64,000 nt of DNA from Xylographa opegraphella (lineage: Eukaryota): NCBI GenBank assembly GCA_022813865.1, contig JALDZX010000020.1, forward strand, positions 62,001 through 126,000, given 5' to 3'. Within the stretch, counting starts at the first letter, position 1, and the number at the start of each line of letters is the position of its first letter. Below, one piece after another: positions 53,495 to 64,000 of the stretch. The position numbers and the translations under genes are program-made. Below the pieces are notes generated by a model. It was not told the DNA's origin. It saw only the letters and a list, made by a program, of their open reading frames with translations, and made no database searches.

Positions 53495-54582
53495 TTAGTA
53501 TCGTCTCTGCTCTACTTTCTTAGTATTCTAATCGTATATAGCATCGAGGAATGAGGTCTTCGGCATTCGACTGGAGGTACGGGCGGTACTACTGGCGTCC
53601 CTTGGGGCTCGGTCGAAGTTCTCGTGTTGTCTTTATAGCATAGTAGCCACTGAATGAATACTCTACTGCTAATTCCTCCCACATCATCTGTATATGATAT
53701 ACTTATTGACAATCGCGTAATTTTGAGCACGGACTTAGGTCACGGCTCCACGTGACTCCGGAAATACGACGGTCCGTATATCCTAGGATAGGACTGGGCC
53801 TCAGTCACTAGATGACGAGGTCGTGCTGTACATAGTAATGATAGCAACAAACTCTTATGGAACACAATGTATATATCGATGGTTGGCACTTTCTAATATC
53901 TCAGTGTACTACTTTGGTTATACATCTAGGAACGACATTGTGACAAATGAACGTGTATAGTCGCCAGGACAAAATATAGAGCTTACCCTTCATGCCGTAT
54001 GCCACACTGCAAAGCTTTATTTTCTGCTTCGTTCCCTCTCTGTAAACGCTTCTTTTTGTTTTCTATATATGATAAGACGGGCATACCACCAGCTCCTAGA
54101 CCTTTGTTGATGCAAGTCATTCCGGAGTGTCCAACCAGAATCGCAAGAAATTGGCCGTCTCGTTTTGTCGATGGCTTCATAGCGCTCATGTCTCACTGGT
54201 ACCTTCGATCGACATCCTTTAAATGTGGCTGCTTGAAAGTCTTTCGTCTTTTACCCTCCTAGCATACCCACACTGCCTACGATGCACAACTCAAACACAG
54301 CACCCATACTCTCGGACTTCTAGCATACCAGTCATCGGCTTTACGGTTCTCTTGCACGTTCGACTACAGCACCAATGCATTTAACTTTCCAACACGCCAG
54401 CGTCTGCAGCTTTAAGGTGATCGTGGACGTTCTGCTAAGCCCCCAATACGGTCACGCTCCTAGCACGCCGGAATCTGCATGTATACGTCTCTCGTGAACC
54501 CTCGACACCACTAGTTTCAGACTTCTATCACACCAGCAACCTCATCTCGACAAATCTCAGACTTCCTTTTCGACCATCCAAC

Positions 54583-55165
54583 ATGCCTATGACTTGGACC
54601 GACAAAGCTCGTGCAGAGGTGCGTGTTCTCTCCTCTCCTTTCCCTTCTTTGTCACCGTCACCTTCAGTTTACCTCACTATCCTCACGATCACTTTCAGTA
54701 TTCTCGTTTTAACCCCCGTCCAGCTCTTGGCGCACATTCTACGCATTCACCCTATAAAGCTCGACTACGAGTCTCTCGCGGAAGCAATGGGTCCTGGTTC
54801 GTACTTTACATCCTTTCGGTCACCTCAATCTAACCAATGCACATCAAGAATGCACCAAGAAAGCCGTTCAGAGCCAGATTCAAAGAATCAAGAACGCTGG
54901 AAATACCACAACCACTGTGGACGACGAGCACGAGGCCAATGCAGAAGCGCAGGGGCTTGTGGCACCCAAGCAGCGCACTCGCAGCACTCCCATTGTTTCT
55001 GCTATGAAAGGGGCCAGGCGGGATGCCAAGAGAAAGTCAAAGGCTGCTGATGATGAAGCCGAGGAGACGGACGAGGAGGAGGGGATGCCCATGGGCAAGA
55101 AGAGGAAGGTCAGGTTCGAGGATGAGGATGAGGAGCTGGTGGTTGAGACAGCGGAGGCAGCCTAG
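54583..55165 (+). CDS. Cluster gene H: small Myb/SANT-like protein (introns 54619-54723, 54797-54848)
   Basis: MPMTWTDKARAE|LLAHILRIHPIKLDYESLAEAMGP|ECTKKAVQSQIQRIKNAG; tail KKRKV + acidic. Confidence 0.87.
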
Positions 55166-55516
55166 CAGGCGCTCTCGGCCCGTTGAATGTCTATGGTTCT
55201 GAAACGGAAGGATGAGTTATTTTTTGTAGCAGGGGGTAGGTGGATTGTTCTCGCTCTTGAGAAAGTTAGCACAATTGACAAGTTCTATGGCATTTGTGCA
55301 CTTGTATACTGCTTTAGGGAGCTTATTGGGAGCTTGCTTGTGCTTTACTTCTTCGGTCACAAACACATCAAAGATACTGCTGGACTGTAGACATAAGTGT
55401 CCCTGTGATTCGCCTACGGTAAGGTCTAGCAATAGCCAAAGTTTCGGCACAAAGAAAGGACTACTCATTGGTAGAGTCCTTCAACTCAGTAATCACTCGC
55501 TGTGCTCATGGTTAAG

Positions 55517-56239
55517 CTAGTCTTCCACCTCAGAGAGGTTCTCATCCTTAACAGACCCCTCATTCTCAATTTCCACATGCATCGCCCTCGTCTTCTTGAT
55601 TGGCGACTCGTCATCTCTCATAAGCCAATTGGGGTTCTCAACCTCCACCGTCTCCAGCTTTACTGTTGGCGCATTCCGCTTTTGTTTCCCACTTCCAGTA
55701 GCACACTTCTCAAGTCCGACCGTGTCTCCGTTCTCCTTCGTGCGAGGCTTTTTGGGGGCAGTCGGCGCAGTAGAGGCCTTGGGCTTCGGAGCACAGGGCG
55801 ACTTACACGGAGTGCTGTTGTTCGAGGAAGCAACATCACCAGCCGCCTTGGCCAGACTACGAATCTTTAATATGCGCTCAGTGATTGCCCGTGGGGTGGG
55901 GACTTCGCCATTGTTGGTAGGCCATGCGGCAACAATGGCTTTGGTGTCGATGGAAATTGCGTGAGTTTCCAGGACTTTGAGAAGTAGCTGCAAGTCGTTA
56001 GTTGAGAATGGAAAAGACCGGTATTGTTGGACAAGTAGAAAGCATCAAGACTCATTGAAAGCTTTGAGCGAATTTGACAGGTAAAAACCATGAGTTAGAC
56101 AAATCGCTGGGATGTACATAAAGGTATGGAATAAGACCACAATTAAAGGGAAGACAATACATGACAGAGACGGAGTAATGAACTCGAGGTGGAAGATGCT
56201 CACCAGCTGGTCATTTTCTGAGGTCCACTTGATAGGCAT
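55517..56239 (-). CDS. Cluster gene I: small Myb/SANT-like protein (intron 55988-56203)
   Basis: MPIKWTSENDQL|LLLKVLETHAISIDTKAIVAAWPTNNGEVPTPRAITERILKIRS; tail with TP/SP-K and VKLE/VKDE. Confidence 0.87.
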
Positions 56240-58162
56240 CTCGGAAATTGGGAGTGTTTAAGGTGTTTACTTGACTTGAGATCATGGGATTAGCAACTCG
56301 AGACACAAACTGACACACTTGTTGAATGATTTTTACAATTTAGGACACCTCGATGAATGCTTTGACCGACTCCAATATGCTTAGTTTTTGGCTCGAGTAT
56401 GGTTGTGTGCTCAAGTGGGGGCCCGGGAAGAAAGAATGAGAGGAGTATAGGAGTGATGGGCTTAGCGAGATACAAGGTTGAACACTTTAGGACAGAGAAT
56501 TAACATCCGAGTGCTGAAGCCGAAATTGCTGAAGTCGAAATTGCTTGAGGTCTCTTGCAGCATCATAACGTCAATTTGACAACCACACTATGACAACGGC
56601 AGACAGAGAGACTTCCTCGATACATAACATGGGTCCTCGAATAATGTTTCCCAACGATATTGAGGGGATATATTTCCTCACAAATAACATCACATGGCGG
56701 CTTCATGGTTGCAGCACAGCCTGCGACAATCGTACGCGCATACAACTGGGTTACGCTCCCCTGCAAGCCTTGTGGTAACAATCGGGATCGTCCGACCCTA
56801 CTTTGGGCATGAGATGATTAGGATCCAACCACCTTGGCTCTGCCAAAGATGATTATGTAGCTCACATGCCCCAAGCACAGCCGTGTCGTCCAGGGGTAAC
56901 CTGCATGGCGCGCGATGACGCCACCTCCGCGCTTACCTTACAGAGTTGCGTAAAAGAACCTCCTACTTGGCTCTTCTTTTACACAGACCGTTGTCCTTGA
57001 GGCATATCCTCCAAGTAAGACCGTCCAAATAGAGACCATGCACATGTATTGAGTAGCTCGGAAATAATCACAGGCCAGCTCTCTTCAACGAGCGCTGAGG
57101 AGATAACGGTGTCCTCATTCAAGCATCGGATTGCTTATGATCTCCTCTGTGCCGTTATCAATACGTGTCCATTATCATGGCTTCCAGATCTGATATCGTT
57201 TGTTTTTCCTTTCAATACACTCCCTGTTCCTTGATCCCGGACTAGATGGATGCGAGCTACATCGGAGGGTGTGACAGTCCTCGTCACATGGACATGTCAC
57301 TTTGATCGTTCAGACTTGTGTCCTCGACGTTGGCGGTCCATCGGCTGTTGAGTTGGTGACGAGCTCGCTTGTGCCTGGGCGGCTTCTTTGTGTCAGAAAT
57401 GGTTTAACAATTGTTGAGGTTTGCTCTATCCTTGGCAGTGAAACATGCCTTCCTGCCTTTGTTGCCTGCAGCGATTTGTGCATCAAGTCTCTCGTACTCG
57501 AAGAAACTTGTCGTCGAGTTCCTTTGACTTTGACATCATCAGGTAACTCAAGTTATCGATGGCAATCCTAATTGCAACATTTGTCGTTATTCATGCTGCA
57601 AACGTGCGCTGTCTTCATGATTTGCAACGTTTTCATGACGCCTGTCATTACTACTGACAAACCGGTCAGCCACCCAGCCACACAGTTTAGATAAGCTACC
57701 AGTTAACACTTAATCTCCAAACTCTTCTTTACCGCCCACAACGTCGATGCTGCTCTCCTTCGAGTCTAATGCTGAATCTGGATCTTGCACATCAACCTCA
57801 AATCTATCATAGCTGGATTCCTATCTCAAGCAAGACAGAGACACTGCCAAGGTATGTTTCTTTTGGTAAAGGTATAGTGCTCTACAGAGTCCAGATTAAT
57901 CTCGACAGCAATCGCTCGAAAATTCCACAAATATCGTAAGTCATAGCCGTCTTCATTTCTGTCACCATCTTCTCAACTAAAAATTATTCTGTGTTTCCGC
58001 ACAAGCCTGGCCTTCATTCAGATTGCGCTCTTTGAATGTGTCCCAAACATATCCCTACCATGCCTGTTTCGGATGAGCGTTACTGGTGACTCAGCGTCTC
58101 TGAACACTTTTCTGCCTATGTCGTTGAAACTAAGCTAATTCTATAGCTCATCCAGTACCAAA

Positions 58163-58897
58163 ATGCCTGGAGTCAAATCTATTGTGTGGTCCGATGCAAA
58201 CGACTCGAAGTTGCTTAGGGCACTTCTAGTATGTGGCAATGTCCAGATTACTCCCCAGGTGGCAGAACAGATCGCGGCCTACATGGGTATGTTGACCACA
58301 CCACCTGGTGAATTCATGCCGTAATTGGTAATGCATTCTCAAAGGATGATTCACATAGCTAACGGTGCGGTATTTGATATGCTAGGGCCTGGAGTACCGG
58401 GGCGAGCCATCTTGTCACGCGTAATGCTGACCAAGAAGAAATATAAAGACGAAATTGCTGCTGGTATCCCCGTAACTACAGCGAGGCCAGTTTCGAAGAA
58501 ACGCCCTGCGTCTGACACATCCCACAGTGTCGAAAAGAAAATCACGAAGACTATCAAGAACGAACCTCAGTCTGATCTAGAGGATGGAGCAGCATTTCCT
58601 TATAATCCAGCTACACCCCCGAAGACACTATCGAAGACTTGTTCGATTCGCAACTCAGCCGATGGAGCCGCAATTCTAGTCCAGGCGTCTTCTACACGCT
58701 CATCTCCTCGGGCCATAAGATCCGTGGACTATAACGTACTGCATGATTCGTTTGGGGCAATGAATGGAGCTACTGATGAAGACGGGCAGAACGTCTTCGG
58801 CGACGATGCAGGAAACTCAAGTGAAGACTCTGCTGATAGCGACGAACTTTTTGCTGGTACGAAAGAGGGATTTGGGGATGAGGATGAGGAGTATTAA
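58163..58897 (+). CDS. Cluster gene J: small Myb/SANT-like protein (intron 58287-58385)
   Basis: MPGVKSIVWSDANDSKLLRALLVCGNVQITPQVAEQIAAYM|GPGVPGRAILSRVMLTKKK; basic middle, acidic C-terminus. Confidence 0.83.
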
Positions 58898-60082
58898 CTC
58901 TGCAATGGTTCATGTAGCATTCTGCGATGGTTATCTGGTCGTGATTCGGTTGTTGTCAATGTTGATCACTTGGATGGTAGCTTGGTCAGGCTATACGGCG
59001 TATGTAGCACACTGTAAACCGAAAACAGATCTTTTGTTACGCTTCTAATAACGCCTCCAAGCCCCCATATCAGTGTAGTCTCGCGACTGGTTCAGCATAA
59101 CTCATAATCCTTCCAAATCCGTGTCAAGACAGTTTACGGCCCTCTCGAATCTGTATAAAGTGCGTGCAGCTCCTACAAGCTGGGGCCCGCGGGCTTACGC
59201 GTGTACATCCTCATCTAATTCTAATAATCATTCCCATCATACCAGCTATACCATATGCACAGACTCCTTTCTGACTTACGTAGCCATCTCCCGGACTTTA
59301 GTTCCACACGTCAGGCGTCGAACAGGTACCTTACCTATGTTGCAAAATGCAGAAACATGCACCCCTGTCTGCGCTAGCTCTAACACCTGGCAACCTCAGG
59401 GCTGCCTGATATTCTCATGCAAGTACTTTACGCGTGGCGCGCTGCACACATCGACTTGCAGATGTGATAGAGTACAGGACGAGAATGTCGGCATGTCGTG
59501 GCGAGGATAGGAGAGGGTGTGAGTCATTTGGAGGGGTCTGTGCTGGGGGAGGGGGATCAAGGTCGGAGGTGAAGATCATTGTGGAGCGTGTAGTACGTAG
59601 GTGGGAAGGGAAGTGGGAAAGGATGGTATATGGATGGGTGAGGACGCTGGTTTCTTGGTGGTCGGTATAGGAGCCAAGCTCGTCTTTGGGTACTACGACG
59701 CTGTAACTTGTGTTTTTCTTGGAAGAAAGTGTGCATCAGTGGTCCATTAGGTAAGTAGGTTCCGAGAGAAGAGGGCAGAGAGATGACCATCTTCGATTGA
59801 AATGAGGGATCATGTGTTATATGTGTTGTTTTTCAAACATCCTTCCTCGATTCTACACTGGTACTACTGTCCGCTGTCGAGGATAGAAGTTTTCTTCTTC
59901 TCTATCGTTCTCTCTTTTTCTGTGCTTAGCTAGGAACACTTCGTGACTTACCCAGCTGCACAAAGGCAGAGGACTTACCTCTCTCCAAACTAACCGCTTG
60001 CCTCAACCTCATCACAACTTCACTCACAGCTCACCACAAAACAATACCCACTTCCTACTCGACTCCTCACACCTTGCTCAGC

Positions 60083-60810
60083 ATGCCGAACTGGCAGTCC
60101 ACTGAAGCTTACAAGCGCCTCTTAGCTGCCGTCTTGGCCGCTCATCCAGACAAGAAACTTGTACGTTCTACATATCTCCACTTTGCCGCTCTTCTGTCCC
60201 TCCATGGCCCTTGTACCTACTATCTCCTTTCTCTCAACCGTTCCTCCGATTATTAGCTCAGTCAATGATCTCTATGTTGTCATGTGCGTACTGCTCTCCA
60301 TACCTCTGCTCCCGCCCCAGCTCCCGCTCCAGCTCCCGCTCACGCTGCAGACAGCTTGACTACCGTCGCATCGCTACTTACTTCGGTGATGGGGCCACGT
60401 ACGACAGTATGGAAACACAATTCCGCAAAATTCGTGGCGAAGCTGCCCGTATGAGAGAAGCAGTTGAGTCTGGCGCCCGCGCGGAGGCGCCGGCTCGTGG
60501 CAGTAAGAGAAATGTATGTGGCACTCCGAAGAATAGTCGCAAGCCGCGTAATGCTTCTAAGAAGAATGACACGGTATCGGACGGCCGTATTACTAAGAGT
60601 AAGAGCGTGACGCCGACGAAGAAGGGCGGCACGTATGGGAACGGGGTTGCGAATCCAAATGCAGTGATGGGCGTTAAGGAGGAGCTGTGTAGCAGTGCTT
60701 CGAGCATGATGGGCCTGGGTGATATGGAGGACGGAGAGCATGATGAGGAGGTGCTCGAAGAGAGTGACTTTGATCAGGATAGTAATCTTTATACCGACAA
60801 GACCGTATAG
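60083..60810 (+). CDS. Cluster gene K: small Myb/SANT-like protein (intron 60161-60354)
   Basis: MPNWQSTEAYKRLLAAVLAAHPDKKL|LDYRRIATYFGDGATYDSMETQFRKIRGEA; tail TPKNSRK, TPTKK, VKEE, acidic end. Confidence 0.87.
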
Positions 60811-61318
60811 AGAAGTGGGGACGGGCTGGTCTTGGGAGGAGCTGCGGAGGTTTGAGACAGATCAAGGGATAACCGAGAACCGAAGGTGGCGGGGAGCGTG
60901 AAAAATTCGGTGGATGGTCGGGTGAATGGCAAGTGGAAGTAAGTAGATAGCAACCACAAAGATAAGAGGTTTTCGTTAGGAGGCTTTCGTTGGTGGTAAT
61001 TTTCGAAACTGATGGAGAAATTGATCACTGCAACATGTAAGACCGACAGTTTGTGCACCAACCTGACGCAGCTACAACGCCATGAAAGCGTTCGCCTAGG
61101 TATCTAGAAACGTAACAACATGCGCGGCTTATTTGCTCTTGTGCATATCATGTTAGATTGGGATCTTCAAGACCTGATAACGCAAAGCATTCCAATCTTC
61201 CTGAACACGCAATGCAGGATTCGTTGGAACACATATACATGAAGCTACAGCACTGATATTACATGTAAAATCTCATTGATATCGTGGACATTATGGGAAG
61301 TGCTCAATACATGCCCAA

Positions 61319-61426
61319 GGAAAGACACATGTTAAGGATAGATACATGTTTGGTGAAAGATACATGTTTGAGGAAAGATACATGTTTGAGGAAAGATACA
61401 TTGCTTGAGGATAGATACATGTTAAG
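61319..61426. repeat. Degenerate ~18-bp tandem repeat (GGAAAGATACATGTTTGA) x6
   Basis: Six recurring gawagatacatgtt cores. Confidence 0.85.
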
Positions 61427-61676
61427 ACTAAAACCTGACTTGACTTAAATGCAGTCATTCAACAAATCGTACCATAAAAAGAATACTTCACAATCTATTA
61501 GCATATTTGTCCAAAGAAAGTACCTTACCACAGATCCTGTCGCTGCTAATCATCGTGTTCAACAGATTATACCACGGCAGAGATCCTTCCATAACCTATT
61601 AGCACACCCGTCTAAAGAAAGTATTTATCACAGACCCTGTCGAGGCTAGTCGTCGTAGTCGTCCTACACGTCGTTT

Positions 61677-62960
61677 CTACACGTCGTTCCTGTTTATTTC
61701 ATAAAGCTCTTCCAGTGACTCGGTGTCTGAGCCTGAAGCGTCAGGCGAAGCAGAAGAATTCAAATTAGGCTCTTTTGCGCTTTCCGTATCATCCTGAGAC
61801 GACTCTTCAGACGACTCTTCGTAGTTGAGCGGAGCTTCCAGGGAAGACCCTTGAACTGGACTACTCAATGACCGCAAGTTTGGTAATGGAGGAGCGGAGT
61901 CTTGATCCATGGGCCGACAGGCGGCCCAAGAATGCAGCGGTATCTTCCCTTTCAGTATCACAGGAACGATTCCGGCAAGCGAATCGGCCAATACGGCACT
62001 GTCGATGCGTTTGAGGCGGTCTTGCTCCAGTACTCGGTCGTACCAATGCTGAAGTCCGTTCGAATAGTATCGCTTTATGGGCATAACGTCTCTTTCAGTA
62101 GCCAGACCGTGCCTCCGGTTCAAAGCACGCCTTTCTGGCTCACTTCCGTGGCAAAGATAATGGATCACGGCTCCCAGACTCCACACGTCCGCTTCAAAGC
62201 TGATCCAAGGCTGCTCCGGTGGCCTCCAAGAATCGGTTCCAGGTGAATATATGAAAGGAAGACCGAGTATATGCTCCTCGACGATGAGGGAGAGGCCGAA
62301 ATCTCCCAGCTTAATATCCGGATAGTCTGTGTCAGGATTGGAACCAGGACGCCACTGGAGGAAAATATTCTCCGGTTTTATATCCGCGTGAATTACGGAA
62401 CGCCACATATATTTAGGGACAGCGGTCTGGCTGCGCCCATGATGTATGTAAGCTAAAGCCTCAGCGCCTTGGAAAAGGACGTGCCAAAGGAAGGATTCTG
62501 GGAAAAGCCTATTAATGTTACGGTAACGCGTTGCAAGTCTTTCCAGATCGCCATCGTTGCAGAACTTCATGAGGAATAAGTTGTCGGGAGCTGGGAAATA
62601 CTCGAGTATCGCGCAAAGCCTTTCGTTCCTGGGCAATACGTCTAGTAAAATACGGACTTCTGTCGGGACTTCTTGGTTATTTTCTCTCTGCGCAACTGCC
62701 TTGCAAACAAATAGTTCTGTTGTGTATTGGTATTTGTACACAAGTTTTACTGCAGCTGACGTTGGACCGTGGCGAAAGGATTTTTTGATGACCCATTTGT
62801 CGTTCCCTAGCAGGAAATCCTCTCCAGGGCCAAGGCTCTCAAGTCTGTCACTCAAATAATTTGTATTGAGAGGAAATGAGTCTCGTGGCATCAGGTCTGC
62901 CAATTCATTTCGCATCCAAGAATCTTCGTTCCCAGTATCAAAGTCAAATATTTTGGACAT
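61677..62960 (-). CDS. Divergent Ser/Thr protein kinase (NIMA/NEK-like fold, non-RD), intronless
   Basis: FVCKAV (subdomain II), EVRIL, MKFCNDGDL, FPESFLWHV, IHADIKPENIFL, IKLGDFGLS, GT.SWRPPE, ADVWSLGAVI; Gly-rich loop degenerate. Confidence 0.88.
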   Translation of the reverse strand: MSKIFDFDTGNEDSWMRNELADLMPRDSFPLNTNYLSDRLESLGPGEDFLLGNDKWVIKKSFRHGPTSAAVKLVYKYQYTTELFVCKAVAQRENNQEVPTEVRILLDVLPRNERLCAILEYFPAPDNLFLMKFCNDGDLERLATRYRNINRLFPESFLWHVLFQGAEALAYIHHGRSQTAVPKYMWRSVIHADIKPENIFLQWRPGSNPDTDYPDIKLGDFGLSLIVEEHILGLPFIYSPGTDSWRPPEQPWISFEADVWSLGAVIHYLCHGSEPERRALNRRHGLATERDVMPIKRYYSNGLQHWYDRVLEQDRLKRIDSAVLADSLAGIVPVILKGKIPLHSWAACRPMDQDSAPPLPNLRSLSSPVQGSSLEAPLNYEESSEESSQDDTESAKEPNLNSSASPDASGSDTESLEELYEINRNDV

Positions 62961-63607
62961 CAAGAAATGGAAAATGGGCTACAATGTTTGCAAAGGAGAC
63001 CACTTCGGTATTAAATTTATGCGAGTGCCCGTGTACCGAAGTTACAAGATAAATTGTTTAAGAGAAAGAGATAAATATAGCCTGAGAGACAAAGCATTAT
63101 TGTACGGTAACAAGGGGCAGTAGATCAATATGCTTATGTTTTGATTCTTAATGGCATAATTGAACCATTGAAATACAATAAGTAGATACTAACAAGAACA
63201 TCTGAAAGGTGCTACTGAGGAGCTGATCTAAAAGAAATTATGATTTCAAATCCAAGGGCACAATAAAAGTGAGGATATTGCTAGGCTTCCCAGCAATGGA
63301 CGATAGGAGAGTTAGTTCCTTTGCCATGAAGACAGTAAACACAAACATACAGCCATTACTTATCACAGCGTTATGCCTTCTCCAATTGGGTTATGTGCTT
63401 ATACCGTTGGAATGGCAGATTCTCTAGAGAGCTCGCACTCCCAGTCTTCAACTGAATCGAACAGCTGAAGAAGTGTAAGAATTGGTGATGAACATTTTGG
63501 CACTATAAAAGTTGCGCAAGGGGAACGGGCAAATTCTATTGTGCCAAAGTGCGTGTCGATTAAACTCCCGCCTTTCCGCCATGGCTATGCAGGAAAAATT
63601 CGAAACC

Positions 63608-64000
63608 TCATCTTGGAGTGTCTCTCAAGGTCCTCCCCCCGGGTTCATGGTCAGCGAGAACAGGGCCATTCTTTGTAGACTCTTTTGCCCTAGGCGTCGC
63701 ATTTGCAGCAGCAACAGGGTCGCCACCCTTCCTCTTTGTCCCGCCTCGCAATGTGACACCTTGTCCTTGAAACTTTGGCTTTGTTTCGTCCGCTTCCTTT
63801 TTCTCTCTCGTCTTCTTGACTGGCTTGATTTCATAGCCAAAGAATAGTTTTCCAGGAGGTAACCGAAGCGGCTGAGGTCTATTGGTTTGTCGGATAGTAG
63901 TTAGTGGAGGGTTGGTCGATGATCCGGCAACTGGTGTCGAAGCATTTGGCGTGGGTGCTTTGGTTCCTTTCCTAGCGTTCAGTTTTTGACCTCCGAGCAA
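63608..64000 (-). CDS. UFD1: Ubiquitin fusion degradation protein Ufd1, C-terminal part (continues beyond window)
   Basis: GGQKL, PQPLRLPPGKLFFGYEIKP, FQGQGVTLRG (SHP-box-like). Confidence 0.85.
   Translation of the reverse strand: MLGGQKLNARKGTKAPTPNASTPVAGSSTNPPLTTIRQTNRPQPLRLPPGKLFFGYEIKPVKKTREKKEADETKPKFQGQGVTLRGGTKRKGGDPVAAANATPRAKESTKNGPVLADHEPGGRTLRDTPR

Noticed and set aside
44085..60050. Ndt80/MSE-like CACAAA sites upstream of several cluster genes
   Set aside because: Short motif expected by chance every few kb; enrichment cannot be shown without computation
42102..60810. Transposon origin of the Myb-like array (e.g. PIF/Harbinger Myb/SANT ORFs)
   Set aside because: No DDE transposase, terminal inverted repeats or target-site duplications seen; an ancient domestication cannot be excluded

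Overview
Eukaryotic, intron-containing DNA from a filamentous ascomycete (Pezizomycotina-type genes, GT..CTAAC..AG introns). The first ~41 kb holds mostly conserved single-copy genes: MINDY deubiquitinase (5'-truncated), an EXPERA/EBP-like membrane protein, GH3 beta-glucosidase, Mrl1-type M6P-receptor-like protein, ERG24, a conserved hypothetical, histone H2A.Z, a Pin4/Cip2-type RRM-R3H protein, HSF1, CWC27, Get5/Mdy2, cofilin and HSP60. The main finding lies between HSP60 and a kinase/UFD1 pair (42.1-60.8 kb): an uninterrupted array of 11 highly diverged genes. Each encodes one N-terminal ~50-aa three-helix Myb/SANT-like domain, split by introns and so largely invisible in the ORF track, followed by a disordered Lys-rich tail. 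Most tails carry S/T-P-x-K and psi-K-x-E motifs and end in an acidic stretch. Gene models were spliced by eye, family names come from motif recall, and no searches were run.
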